From assembly GCA_963803435.1 (NCBI GenBank), contig CAWDML010000001.1, positions 1,952,001-2,016,000 of the forward strand: a stretch of DNA of 64,000 nucleotides, in the 5' to 3' direction. The DNA is from an uncultured delta proteobacterium (GTDB lineage: Bacteria > Myxococcota > Kuafuiibacteriia > Kuafuiibacteriales > Kuafuiibacteriaceae). Below the pieces are notes generated by a model. It worked only from the letters and a program-made list of their open reading frames with translations. It searched no databases and had not been told where the DNA came from. Made by a program: the position numbers and the translations under genes. Below, piece by piece: positions 40,318 to 50,710 of this stretch; within the stretch, counting starts at the first letter, position 1, and the number at the start of each line of letters is the position of its first letter.

Positions 40318-41555
40318 CTTGAGACCCGACCCTTTCGCTCCCGTGTCCGCTCGACCACCTCGAGGTACCTCGGAATCACCGCGCTTTCCACCCACCTCTC
40401 CTTGAAGGCGCGATTTCCGGCCTGGGCGAGGCGTTCCCGGTGGCCGAGGTCCTCCGCGAGCCGGCGCATGGCCGCGAGGAGCTCGTCCGGCGAGGAGAAG
40501 AGCTCCCCTCCGCCGGATCGTTCCACGATCTCGGGGAAGGGCCCCAGCCGCCGGGCGATCACCGGCGTGCGGTTCCTGAACGACTCGATCAAGATGATCC
40601 CGAACGTCTCGAAGCACACCGACGGCACGATCAGCGCGATCGCGCCCTCGTAGTAACGGGCCAGCGCGTCACTGTCCACGCGGCCGAGGAACTTCACGCG
40701 GTCGATCCCCCGCGCCAGCGTCTCCAGCGCCGGGCGATGATCGCCATCGCCCGCGATCAGGAGATCGGCGCCGGAGTAGTCGCGGAACAACGGGATCACG
40801 TCGTCGAGCCCTTTGATCTTCTCCAGGCGCCCGACGAACAGGAAGTAGGGGCGCGCGTGCGGCGACTTCGTGGGGCGCAGCGTCTCGGTCAGCGGCTCGG
40901 GATCAGGGAGGAAGTAGGGGACGACCTCCATGTGGTGCGGGAAGCCGAGCTCGTAGTGCTTGTCTCGACTGAACTCACTCATCGCGATGAACGTGTCCAC
41001 TTGGGCCAGCTGCCGCTCGAAGGATCCGTCGTATCGGTACAGCTGCGGCGGCCTCCGATAGGTGAGCGCACAGCGCACGCAATCCTTCTCGTCGCAGCGC
41101 TCCCGACGATAGCGCCACAACACGTGCATCGGGCAGACGAGCCAGTGCTCGTGCGCCATGTAGAGACGGACCGCGGACGCTCCGTAGCCGAGCAGCCCAG
41201 GCCCTCCGACCAAGGAAACGTTGTGGAAGTTGACCACGTCGAATCGGCCCTCTTCCAGGATCCGCCGGATCCGAGCACCATGGACCACCGGACGGCCTGT
41301 TTGCTGAGTGAGGAGATTCGAGAGGACGCCGAGCCGGCTCCGCAGGCCGACGCGCACGAGACCCTCCGGCTCCGGGGCCGCCGGCGGTGGCGGGCCCTTG
41401 CTCAGGCTCGCGTACGCATCCTCGTCATGGACGACGGTGACGTGGTGACCTCGCCGGACCAGACCTCGCGCGAAACGTTGGATTCCGATACCGTCTCCGC
41501 CGAAGTTGTGGGGCGGATAGAAGGTGGTCAGGAAGCAGAAGCGCAGCGCTTCCAT
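40314..41555 (-). CDS. GT4 glycosyltransferase
   Basis: YPP..FGG, HEHWLVCP, FVGRL...KG, ETFG....E. Confidence 0.9.
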   Translation of the reverse strand: MEALRFCFLTTFYPPHNFGGDGIGIQRFARGLVRRGHHVTVVHDEDAYASLSKGPPPPAAPEPEGLVRVGLRSRLGVLSNLLTQQTGRPVVHGARIRRILEEGRFDVVNFHNVSLVGGPGLLGYGASAVRLYMAHEHWLVCPMHVLWRYRRERCDEKDCVRCALTYRRPPQLYRYDGSFERQLAQVDTFIAMSEFSRDKHYELGFPHHMEVVPYFLPDPEPLTETLRPTKSPHARPYFLFVGRLEKIKGLDDVIPLFRDYSGADLLIAGDGDHRPALETLARGIDRVKFLGRVDSDALARYYEGAIALIVPSVCFETFGIILIESFRNRTPVIARRLGPFPEIVERSGGGELFSSPDELLAAMRRLAEDLGHRERLAQAGNRAFKERWVESAVIPRYLEVVERTRERKGRVSR

Positions 41556-41597
41556 TCAGTCTCCTCCATCGCCGTTCCCAGGGCTGAGGGCAAGCGT

Positions 41598-42989
41598 TTG
41601 CAGGTGATCATCCTCGGAGGCGGGCCCGGCGGCGTGGGCGGCGCCTATCAGCTGGCGAGGACCGGGCGGGCGGACGTCACGCTGATCGAGCGGGGTACGC
41701 ACGTCGGTGGCAACGCGGGCAGCTTCCGCGAGGGCGACCAATGGCTGGACTACGGGAGCCACCGCCTGCACTCGGCCAGCGACCCAGAGGTGCTCGGCGA
41801 CATCAAGTCGCTCCTCGGCGACGACCTGGCCGATCGGCCGCGCAACGGACGCATCCGCCTGCGTGGCCGATGGATCAGGTTCCCGCTGAGTGCGAGCGAT
41901 CTGATGCTTCGTCTCGACAAGCGGTTCGCGATCGGCGCCACCGCCGACATGGTGCGCCGCGTGCTCCCCCAGAACGGCGCCGGTGAGGAGACCTTCGCGT
42001 CGGTCCTCACCGGGAGCCTGGGCCCCACGATCTGCGAGCACTTCTACTTCCCCTACGCGCGCAAGATCTGGGGCGTGAGCCCGGACCGCCTCTCGGCGAT
42101 CCAGGCCCGCCGCCGCGTCTCGGCCGGGTCGTTCCAGAAGCTGCTCAAGAAGGTGGTGAAGCCGCCGGGCTCGGGACGCTTCTACTATCCGCGCCAGGGC
42201 TTCGGTCAGATCAGCCGCGCCTACGCCGACGCCGCGCGACAGGCGGGCGCGCGGATCGAGCTGGGCACGCGGGCGACGCGGCTGATCCGGCGGGGCGTGC
42301 GCTGGGAGGTGGTCGTCGAGCGGGACGGTGTCGAGTCGCGGCTCGAGGCGGATCAGGTCTGGTCGACGATCCCGCTCACGCTGGCCGCCCAGATGATGGA
42401 GCCCGGACCGCCCGCGGAGGTCCTCGAGGCCGCCCGGTCGATCGCGTACCGGGCGATGCTGCTGGTCTATCTCGAGCTCGACGTCGATCGCTTCACGGAG
42501 ACGGACGCCCACTACTTCCCCGAGGAGAACGTCGCGATGACGCGCCTCTCCGAGCCCAAGAACTACTTCGGCTCCGAGGCGCCCGCCGGCCGCACCACGC
42601 TCTGCGCCGAGATCCCGTGCGATCCGTCCGAGCCGCTGTGGTCGATGACCGACGAGCAGCTCGGGCGTCACGTCGCCGACGACATCGCCCGCGCCGGCCT
42701 CACGCTGGCGCGGCCACCGGTGCGCGCGTTCTCGCGCCGCCTGGCGCAGGCGTACCCGATCTATCTCACGGGCTACGAGACGCCCTTCCAACGGCTCGAC
42801 CGATGGCTGGCCGGCGTCGACGGCTTCCTCAGCTACGGCCGCCAGGGTCTGTTCGCCCACGACAACACCCATCACGCTCTCTTCATGGCCTACTCCGCCG
42901 TCTCGTGTCTCGACGAGCGCGGCCGCTTCGACCGGGATCGTTGGAGAGATTACCGGAAGATCTTCGAGACGCACGTGGTGGAGGACTGA
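41598..42989 (+). CDS. Second FAD-dependent oxidoreductase (protoporphyrinogen oxidase/UGM-like)
   Basis: IILGGGPGG, DYGSHRLH, PYA.KIWG, YP..GFGQI, AYP.Y, GRQGLF.HDN.HH; start estimated. Confidence 0.85.
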   Translation: MQVIILGGGPGGVGGAYQLARTGRADVTLIERGTHVGGNAGSFREGDQWLDYGSHRLHSASDPEVLGDIKSLLGDDLADRPRNGRIRLRGRWIRFPLSASDLMLRLDKRFAIGATADMVRRVLPQNGAGEETFASVLTGSLGPTICEHFYFPYARKIWGVSPDRLSAIQARRRVSAGSFQKLLKKVVKPPGSGRFYYPRQGFGQISRAYADAARQAGARIELGTRATRLIRRGVRWEVVVERDGVESRLEADQVWSTIPLTLAAQMMEPGPPAEVLEAARSIAYRAMLLVYLELDVDRFTETDAHYFPEENVAMTRLSEPKNYFGSEAPAGRTTLCAEIPCDPSEPLWSMTDEQLGRHVADDIARAGLTLARPPVRAFSRRLAQAYPIYLTGYETPFQRLDRWLAGVDGFLSYGRQGLFAHDNTHHALFMAYSAVSCLDERGRFDRDRWRDYRKIFETHVVED

Positions 42990-42992
42990 GCG

Positions 42993-44558
42993 GTGTTTGC
43001 GTGGCTCCGCCAGTCCGACACCACCGAGCCCACCCGGGCCGAGCCCTCGTACACCACGGCGCTCGCGTCCGTTCGGCACTCGCTGCACCTGCGAACCAGC
43101 GTGCGCCTCTTCTTCACCGTCTGGCTGGTGTACTGCGTTCACCTCTCCACGAACGTGGCGCGGGAGACGTATCTGGCGACCAGCCTGGGTGACCACCTCT
43201 CGGTCCGCGTCGACGCGTACCTGGGGCTCCATCCGGATCTGTTCGAGATCCCGGGCCGGGGCGGATACATCAACAACAACCCGGGCGCTTCGATGCTGGG
43301 CGCCATCCCGTATGCGCTCGCGCGCCCGGCCATCGCCCTGCTCTTCACGTTGAAGCCCGAGCTCGGCAAGCCGAAGCCGCCAGCCCGCTACGACGATCCG
43401 CGACCGAACCGAACGGCGTTCATGAACGAGGCGCGGCGGCGCGGCGTCGACGTCAAGCTCGGGCTGGCCGCCATCGCCACCCAGGTGGGTCTGATGGCGC
43501 CGCTGGGAGCGCTGGCGGCCGTGCTGGTGTTCCTGTTCCTTCGGGGGCGTCTCGACGATCCGAAGCGGGCGCTGGCCTACGCGTTGCTGTTCGCGTTCGG
43601 TACGCCCTTCTTCTTCCGCGCCGCGTTCCTGAACCAGAACGCGATCGTCGCGCACTGCGTCCTCTGGGCCTACGTCGCGATCACCGGGCTGGAGCCGCGG
43701 CGGGGGCCGCTGCCGCTGCAGGCCGTGACCATCGCCGGTGCATGCCTCGGCTTCGCGATCCTCACCGACTACAGCGGCGCTCCGCTCGCGTTCGCGTTCG
43801 GCGTCTGGGTAATGGCCGAGGGATGGGCGGACGCACGACAGCCGGGCGCGCTGAGGAACGGCGCGCGCTTCCTGCTCGGCGCCGCGGGACCGGTCGCGAT
43901 CCTGTTCGCCTATCAGTGGGTCGCGTTCGGTCACCCGCTCCTGCCCGCGCAGCGCTACATGCCAGCCACGCCGTACTCGGTGAAGGGCTGGTTCGGCATG
44001 ACGCCGCCGACCCCCTATCTCTTGTTTGGGAACCTTTTCGGCCTCGAGTTCGGCCTCTTTGGCTTCTGCCCCATGCTGGTGGCCGCCCTCGCCTATCCGC
44101 TGGTCCGGCGGCGCACCGACCTCCCCGGCGTGCGCACCGAGTGGTTCGTGCTGGGCGCCGGCCTGCTGCTGTACCTGTTCAGCAGCTCGAACCAGTACGC
44201 GAACCTCCAGTGGAACACCGGCGTCCGCTACATGGTCCCGCTGGTGCCGCTCCTGTTCTTCATGGCCGTGCCGGTGCTCGAACGCCTGCCCCGGCTGTGG
44301 TTCTGGATGCTGGTGCTACCGACCTGCACGATCTCCTGGTGCGTCTCGATGACGCGCGAGAACGTGGTCGCGGCGCTGACGCAGGTGTTCCTGACGGGGC
44401 TCAAGCTCCCGATCCTCACCGTGCTCCGGAAGATGGCGAGCGGCTACCTGCCGCTGCTCGCGGAGCGCGCGCCTTCGCCCATTCCGATCTTTCTGTTGAT
44501 GGGCGCGATCCTCTGGCTGGTCTGGCGGGACAGCGAGATCAGAAGCAGCGGCCGCTGA
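42993..44558 (+). CDS. Polytopic membrane protein, probable GT-C fold glycosyltransferase
   Basis: First TM then loop NVARE..NNNPG.S; many TMs; late G.RY..P..P motif. Confidence 0.6.
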   Translation: MFAWLRQSDTTEPTRAEPSYTTALASVRHSLHLRTSVRLFFTVWLVYCVHLSTNVARETYLATSLGDHLSVRVDAYLGLHPDLFEIPGRGGYINNNPGASMLGAIPYALARPAIALLFTLKPELGKPKPPARYDDPRPNRTAFMNEARRRGVDVKLGLAAIATQVGLMAPLGALAAVLVFLFLRGRLDDPKRALAYALLFAFGTPFFFRAAFLNQNAIVAHCVLWAYVAITGLEPRRGPLPLQAVTIAGACLGFAILTDYSGAPLAFAFGVWVMAEGWADARQPGALRNGARFLLGAAGPVAILFAYQWVAFGHPLLPAQRYMPATPYSVKGWFGMTPPTPYLLFGNLFGLEFGLFGFCPMLVAALAYPLVRRRTDLPGVRTEWFVLGAGLLLYLFSSSNQYANLQWNTGVRYMVPLVPLLFFMAVPVLERLPRLWFWMLVLPTCTISWCVSMTRENVVAALTQVFLTGLKLPILTVLRKMASGYLPLLAERAPSPIPIFLLMGAILWLVWRDSEIRSSGR

Positions 44559-45256
44559 CCAGATCGCACGTCGTCGGGCTCGGGCAGGGCGGGGTCTCGT
44601 CGCAGAGGCAACCCGGCGAGCAGCGGTTGTTCACGCAGGTCAAGAGACCGATCGGGAGGATCGTGTTGCACTCCGAATCGGTGCTGCACGTCATGCCCAG
44701 CTCGGGCACGCTCTGGCAGATGCCGATGCCGCCGCCGTCGAGGTTCGGGAAGCCGCCGTCGGGGAAGAAGCCGGCGTCCGGGAAGCCGGCGTCCGGGAAG
44801 CCGGTGTCCGGGAAGCCGGTGTCGACGACGCCCGAGTCGGTGGGGACGCCGGTGTCGACGACGCCGGTGTCGTTCGGCGGGAAGCCGGTGTCCCCGACGC
44901 CGGTGTCGTTCGGCGAGAAGCCGGTATCCTCCTCGACGCCCGCGTCGTTCGGCGGGAAGCCGGTGTCGAACGGCGCGCCCGTGTCCTCGAACCCGGAGTC
45001 CTTCGCGAGGCTCCCGTCTTCCTCGCCCGCGTCCCCCTCGTCGAGGCCGGAGTCGCCGATTCGGTCCGGTGCACTCGCAGGCACCGAACTGGTTGTTGGT
45101 CATGCAGACCTGCGTGCCGCTCCGGCCGTCGGTGCAGAAGCACGAGGTGACGCGACCCTCGACGCAACCCGCCACTCGAATCGTGTGCCCGCGTCGCGGT
45201 GAGTTGCACCCGACCAGCGCGAGGCACATCGAGACCATGATGAAAACGCGGGGCAC
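44539..45256 (-). CDS. Cys-containing lipoprotein with D(T/A/S)G repeats; +1 frameshift near 45060
   Basis: Lipobox LVGC; C..G....C.C.DG..G.Q.C; DTGFPPND repeats; Cys-rich end. Confidence 0.7.
44747..44970. repeat. Coding tandem repeats (15-bp GGGAAGCCGGYGTCC and longer derived units)
   Basis: Visible at 44761-44830 and 44860-44970; encode DTGFP/DAGFP on the minus strand. Confidence 0.75.
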
Positions 45257-45348
45257 CGTGTTCGTCCTACACCAACTTTCCCCCGATCTACCCCGATTTG
45301 CACCGATCTAGAGTCGGTCGAGCTTCCGAGATAGGAAGGACTGCCCAA

Positions 45349-46785
45349 GTGTCCGAGTCGTCCAGCGTCGTGGGGAAGAACTTCCTCGCCCTCGGGGGCG
45401 GCGACGGCCTGGCGCGGGTGATCGCGTTCGGAGCGACGGCCTACCTGACCCGCGTTCTGGGCGCGGAGGGCTTCGGCGTGATCGCGCTCGCCGCCGCCGT
45501 GACGCTCTATCTGGCCCAGCTGGCGACGTTCGGCATCGATACGCTGGGGATCCGCGAGGTGGCGGAGGATCGGACGCAGGTCGACCGCGTGGTCCCGGCG
45601 GTGCTCACCCTGCGGATCGCATTCACCGCGGTGCTGGTCGGGATCGTGGCCGCGTGCGCGATGATCCTCCTTCCTGCGCCCGAGGGGCCGGTGCTGGCGG
45701 CCTTCTCGCTGACGCTGATCCCGCAGGCGGCCGCCACCAAGTGGGTGCTGCTCGGGCTGGAGTCGGCGGTGCCGGTCGGGATCTCGCGGATCAGCGGCGA
45801 GGCGCTGATGCTGTCCCTGGTCCTGCTGGCGGTCCACGGTCCCGGCGACCTCTGGGCGGTACCGGCGGCGCAGGTCGCGGGGGACTTCGCCGCTGCGATC
45901 CTCCTGCTCGCCGTGCTGCGACGCCGCGGCTTCGAGCTAAAGCTGGCCTGGGAGCCGACCAAGGTGAGCCCGATCTTCGCGCGGGCGTGGCCAATCGTGG
46001 GTCACTCGCTGCTCGGGCTTCTGATCTACAACAGCGACCTCATCTGCCTGCGCATCTTCGAGACGAACCTCGAGGTCGGCCTCTACGCGTCGTCGTACAT
46101 CGCGATCAGCTTCCTCATCAATCTCGGCGTCGCGTACGGGACCAGCCTTCTGCCGACGCTCACCCGCCTCCTCACCCGGCTGGGGCGCGGCAGCGCCGAG
46201 GCGCAGGCGCTCTATCACTCGGCGCTCGCGCAGGTGTTCGCAGCCTCAATCCCGATCTCGGTGGGCGGCGCGCTGCTGGCGACGCCGCTGGTCTCGCAGG
46301 TGTTCGGCGCCGATTACCAGGCGGCGGGCCTGCCGCTCGCGATCCTGATCTGGTCGGTGCCGGCGTCCCTCTTCAGGAACGTCGCGATCGCGGGGCTGGT
46401 CGCGCACGACCGGCAGGACCAGATGCTGAGGACCACGGTCTGGTCAGCCGGCCTCAACGTGGTGCTCAACGTGGCGCTGATCCCGAGGTACGGGATGGCG
46501 GGCGCGGCGATCGCCACGCTCGTGACCGAGGTCCTCCGGACCGCGCTGGCCGTGATCTACGCCCGGCAGGAAGGCTTGCACTTCGTGCGTGTGACCCGGC
46601 ACTGGCGGGCGGCCCTCTCGGCGGCGCTGATGGCCGGTGGGCTCTACCTGGTGCGGCCCTACGGGCTCTGGGAGGGGTGGCGCGTCTGGCCGGCGATCGC
46701 GCTGGGCGCGGCGATCTATGCCCTGTCGCTCATCGCGGTGGGCGGGATCCGCTTCACTGGCGCGCGTCCGAGCCTCGAGGTGTGA
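45349..46785 (+). CDS. Wzx-type oligosaccharide flippase (MOP superfamily)
   Basis: KN start, R.LG.E.FG, VG.Y, N...N..LIP.YG..GAAIAT; 12-14 TMs. Confidence 0.88.
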   Translation: MSESSSVVGKNFLALGGGDGLARVIAFGATAYLTRVLGAEGFGVIALAAAVTLYLAQLATFGIDTLGIREVAEDRTQVDRVVPAVLTLRIAFTAVLVGIVAACAMILLPAPEGPVLAAFSLTLIPQAAATKWVLLGLESAVPVGISRISGEALMLSLVLLAVHGPGDLWAVPAAQVAGDFAAAILLLAVLRRRGFELKLAWEPTKVSPIFARAWPIVGHSLLGLLIYNSDLICLRIFETNLEVGLYASSYIAISFLINLGVAYGTSLLPTLTRLLTRLGRGSAEAQALYHSALAQVFAASIPISVGGALLATPLVSQVFGADYQAAGLPLAILIWSVPASLFRNVAIAGLVAHDRQDQMLRTTVWSAGLNVVLNVALIPRYGMAGAAIATLVTEVLRTALAVIYARQEGLHFVRVTRHWRAALSAALMAGGLYLVRPYGLWEGWRVWPAIALGAAIYALSLIAVGGIRFTGARPSLEV

Positions 46786-47706
46786 GCGCGACCCGAAGAA
46801 GCAGGCCCCGATGATCGCTCCCGGGCAGGAGAACCGCTTCGGCGTGAGACGCCGAGAACGGCGCCGACAGCAGGATGTGGTCGATCGCGATCCCGAACGG
46901 CCCGAGCTGCCACGGCCAGGTCGACGGCGCCCACCCCGGCGGGCGGCGCAACCTATCCTGCGATCGCAATCGGCGCCAGAGCGGTGAGGCCATCACCATG
47001 TTGAAGTCCCCGAACACGATCACCGGAGCAGTGCTGGTCTCTACGCGCCGCATCAGATCCTCGACCTGGAGGAGCCGCTCCGCCTGTTGCGCCGGGTCGG
47101 TCGGCGCCAGCGCGTGGATCGCGAAGACCTGGAGGCGGTGCCCGTGGAGCTCGAGCTCCGCCCGGATCGAGGGCGCCGGCGTGAACGCGTACGTGATCGT
47201 GGACCCGGAGACGACCTGGACCGGCGCGCCCACCCGGGAGAGCAGCGCGATCCCGTACTTGTCGCCGCTCGGGTTCGCGGCCACCGTCCGATAACCGGGC
47301 AGCCGATCGAACAGCCGCACGTCCGGCTCCAGGAGCGCCACCAGATCCGCGCCCGACGCCTCGATCGACGCCGACAGGCCCTCGAGGTCCGGGTTGTGGT
47401 GGTACGTGTTCGCGCTCAGCAGCGTCAGGTCCGGGGGTCCGGACAGAGGTGGGAGGCGCGGCGCGGTCCAGGGTGGAACCCAGGCCCAGAGCGACAGCGG
47501 GACCGCCGCCGCCGCGATCGCCTGCAGGCGTCGAGCGCGCGCCAGGTGCAACAGAGGTTGACATAAGATCAGCGCGACCGCGGCGTGGAGGCTCCAGGCC
47601 AGCGCCAGCTCCCCCAACATGAAGTGGAGCTGAGCGGTCTGGCCGAGCAGCACCAGCGCCACCAGCGCGACGACCGCTGCGCGGAGGACGCGCTTCGGGC
47701 CTACCC
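46754..47706 (-). CDS. Endonuclease/exonuclease/phosphatase family protein with N-terminal TMs
   Basis: LLSAN, ALLE, GDFN, IDHIL, GSDH; start codon unresolved. Confidence 0.8.
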
Positions 47707-48678
47707 AGCCTGTGGATCGCTGAGGTGGGCGCGGTACCACTCGACGGTCTCCCCGAGGCCCTGCTCCAGCGTTCGCGGCGGCTTCCACTGCAGGCGCTCG
47801 CGGGCCTTCGTGCAGTCGAGGTACTGCGCGGGGATCTCGTGGGTCGCCTCGTTGAGGATCGTGGGGACGAGATCCTTTCCCATCAGCGCCAGGATCCTCT
47901 CGACCACCTGGATCACGGAGAGCGGCACCTCCGCGCCGAAGTTGAAGGCCTCTCCGGCGACCTCGGGGAGGCGCTCGGCGAGCGTCAGGTAGGCGTCGGC
48001 GGCGTCGCGGACGAAGAAGTAGTCGCGGACGAACGTGCCGTCGCTGCGGATGATCGGCGACTCGTCCGCCAGCGCGGAGCGGATCGTCCCCGGGATCAGC
48101 CGGTTGAAGTTGAGATCGCCCGGCCCGAACAGGTTGCCGCAGCGGGTGACGGCGACGGGCACGCGGTGCGTGTGGAAGTACGAGAACGCGATCAGGTCGG
48201 CGCAGCTCTTGGAGACGTCGTACGGGAAGCGGCCCTGGAGCGGGGCATCCTCGGTGTACGGGAGCGTCTCGTGGACGCCGTACGCCTTGTCGCTGGAGGC
48301 CACCACGACGCGCTCGATCCGCTTCGGGCACTGGACGCAGGCCTCGAGCAGGTTCCAGGTACCGCGTACGTTGGCCTCGAAGGTGGAAAGCGCGCTCCGG
48401 TGCGCCGTGCCCACGATCGCCTGCGCGCCCAGGTGGAAGATCGAGTCGATCTCGTGCTCGTTGATGGCGCGGAGCATGAGCTGAAAGTCCTCGAGCTCGC
48501 CGCGCACCACCACCGCGCGATCGAGCATACGCTCGCCGACGAACCGGCTCTGCGGGACCCAGTCGCGCACCAGGCAAACACAGCGGGCGCCCCGATCGAG
48601 GAGCTCCTCCACCAGCGCCGAGCCGAGCAGGCCGGTGGCGCCGGTGACGAACACGTTGCGGCCGGTCCAGAAGGTCAT
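47701..48678 (-). CDS. NDP-hexose 4,6-dehydratase (CDP-glucose 4,6-dehydratase-like)
   Basis: FW....VFVTGATGLLG, SSDKAYG, PYDVSK, R.GN.FGPGD; coupled to the cytidylyltransferase. Confidence 0.85.
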   Translation of the reverse strand: MTFWTGRNVFVTGATGLLGSALVEELLDRGARCVCLVRDWVPQSRFVGERMLDRAVVVRGELEDFQLMLRAINEHEIDSIFHLGAQAIVGTAHRSALSTFEANVRGTWNLLEACVQCPKRIERVVVASSDKAYGVHETLPYTEDAPLQGRFPYDVSKSCADLIAFSYFHTHRVPVAVTRCGNLFGPGDLNFNRLIPGTIRSALADESPIIRSDGTFVRDYFFVRDAADAYLTLAERLPEVAGEAFNFGAEVPLSVIQVVERILALMGKDLVPTILNEATHEIPAQYLDCTKARERLQWKPPRTLEQGLGETVEWYRAHLSDPQAG

Positions 48679-49445
48679 GTCCAGATCTTCCAGGGCGCCG
48701 CGCCCTCGGACCAGAGGCGCTCGAGGAGCTGCTTCTCCCGGAGCGTGTCCATCGGCTGCCAGAACCCCTCGTGGAAGAAGGCCATCAGCTCGCCGCGGGC
48801 CGCCAGCGTCTCGAGGGGTGCGCGCTCGAGCGGCGTGTCGTCGGAGACCAGGAGGTCGAGCACCTGGGGCTCGAAGACGAAGAAGCCGCCGTTGATCCAG
48901 CCCTCCCCGGACTGCGGCTTCTCCAGGAATTCGGTCACCTGGGCGCCGTCGAGCATGAGCCCGCCGAAGCGCGCGGGCGGGCGGACGGCGGTCACGGTCG
49001 CCGCCTTGCCGTGGCTCTGGTGGAACGCGAGCAAGGCCGAGATGTCGACGTCCGAGACGCCGTCACCGTAGGTGGCCATGAAGGGTCCGTCCGCGAGCCA
49101 GCGCCGGAGCCGGCCGATGCGCCCGCCGGTCATGGTCGCGAGACCCGTGTCGATCACGCTGATGCGCCAGTCGATCGTCGACTCGTTGATGAACTCGAGC
49201 TCACCGCGCGCGAGATCGATCCGATAGTCGCTCGTGTGCAGGCGGAAGTTGTTGAAGTACTCCTTGATGTGCTCGCCCTTGTACCCGCAGGCGACCAGGA
49301 AGTCCTTGTGCCCGTGGGCGGCGTAGATGCTCATGATGTGCCAGAGCATCGGTTTGCCGCCGATCTCGACCATCGGCTTCGGGCGCGTGCCGGTCTCCTC
49401 GGCGAGCCGGGTGCCCAGACCGCCGGCCAGGATCACCACCTTCAT
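48675..49445 (-). CDS. rfbF: Glucose-1-phosphate cytidylyltransferase
   Basis: ILAGGLGTRL.EET..RPKPMVEIGG, TMTGGR, TYGDG, WINGGFF, FWQPMDTLR. Confidence 0.95.
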   Translation of the reverse strand: MKVVILAGGLGTRLAEETGTRPKPMVEIGGKPMLWHIMSIYAAHGHKDFLVACGYKGEHIKEYFNNFRLHTSDYRIDLARGELEFINESTIDWRISVIDTGLATMTGGRIGRLRRWLADGPFMATYGDGVSDVDISALLAFHQSHGKAATVTAVRPPARFGGLMLDGAQVTEFLEKPQSGEGWINGGFFVFEPQVLDLLVSDDTPLERAPLETLAARGELMAFFHEGFWQPMDTLREKQLLERLWSEGAAPWKIWT

Positions 49446-50680
49446 ACGATCCTCGGCTCCGGAATGGGGACGATGAACCGGCCGCCCTGCGCGCGATACG
49501 CGGCCTGTTGACGGATGATCTCCTCGGCGAAGTTCCAGGCCAGGATCAGCGTGTAGTCGGGACGGCGCTTCTCGAGCTCCCCCGCGTCCAGCACCGGGAG
49601 ATGCATGCCGGGCGTGAGGCGTCCGACCTTCAGAGGTGACCGATCGACGGTGTACGGCAGCAGCTCGGTGCCGATCCCGCAGAAGTTGAGGAGGGTGTTG
49701 CCCTTCGCCGGCGCGCCGTAGCCGGCCAGGGAGCGACCCTCCGACTTGAGCCGGCCCAGCAACGCCATCAGCTCGGTGCGGTTCGCGTCCACCAACTCCC
49801 CGAAGCGAGCGAAGCGGGCGAAGTCGGTGAGGCCGTCGCGCGCCTCGCGATCGAGCTCCTCCTCCACCGCGCCGGCGTGCTCGGGATGGGCGCTCTGAAG
49901 CGCGCCCCAGACCCGCAGCGAGCCGCCGTGAACGGGGACGCGGTCGACGCGCACCACCGACAAGCCGGCGCGCGTGAAGATGTTCGCCGCCGCGGTGAGC
50001 GAGAAATACGAGAGGTGCTCGTGATAGACCGTGTCGTACTCGAGGCGGTCGAGGAGCTCCTCCAGGTACGGGAACTCGACGATGACCCGGCCGTCGTCTC
50101 CGATCAGCGCGGCGGCTCCGGCCAGGAAGCCCACCGGATCGTCGACGTGTGCAAGGACGTTGTTGCCGATGACGGCCCGCGCCGGGCCCCGCTCGCGCCG
50201 AACCCGCGCGCCGCAGTCGCGATCGAAGAACTCGTTGAGCGTCTCGATGCCGGCTGCCTCCGCCATCTTCGCGATGTTCGTGGCAGGCTCGATCCCGAGC
50301 GTCTTCACGCCGAGCGCGGCAAACCGCGAAAGCAGACTGCCGTCGTTGCTCGCGACCTCGACCACGCGATCCTCGGCACCCAGGTCGAGCGCGCCGACCA
50401 CCGTGCGGGCATAAGCCTCGTTGTGGAGCGCGATCGTCTCGCTGGTCCCGGTGACGTAGATGTAGTCGCGGAAGAGGACCGCCGGATCGATGACGTCGAG
50501 GAGCTGGACCAGCTTGCAGTCGTCACAGAAGTAGACGTCGAGGGGATATCGGCCCTCGGCGTCGCCCTCGGACAGATCCTTCAGGAAGGCGTTGGCGAGC
50601 GGCTGGTCACCGAGCTCGAGGAATCGATGGAGGTGGACGCCGTCGCAGCTGCGGCAGCTGGTTCGCCGGTGATGAACCAT
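49442..50680 (-). CDS. NDP-hexose C-methyltransferase (Zn-binding, C3-MT type)
   Basis: CRSC..C..C.LVQ, ASNDG.LL, NVLAH, YHEH.SYF, HGGSLR, YGAPAKGNTLL, LAWNF. Confidence 0.92.
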   Translation of the reverse strand: MVHHRRTSCRSCDGVHLHRFLELGDQPLANAFLKDLSEGDAEGRYPLDVYFCDDCKLVQLLDVIDPAVLFRDYIYVTGTSETIALHNEAYARTVVGALDLGAEDRVVEVASNDGSLLSRFAALGVKTLGIEPATNIAKMAEAAGIETLNEFFDRDCGARVRRERGPARAVIGNNVLAHVDDPVGFLAGAAALIGDDGRVIVEFPYLEELLDRLEYDTVYHEHLSYFSLTAAANIFTRAGLSVVRVDRVPVHGGSLRVWGALQSAHPEHAGAVEEELDREARDGLTDFARFARFGELVDANRTELMALLGRLKSEGRSLAGYGAPAKGNTLLNFCGIGTELLPYTVDRSPLKVGRLTPGMHLPVLDAGELEKRRPDYTLILAWNFAEEIIRQQAAYRAQGGRFIVPIPEPRIV

Positions 50681-50710
50681 GACCCTCGCCGGGGTCTAAC
50701 ACGGGGTGGG

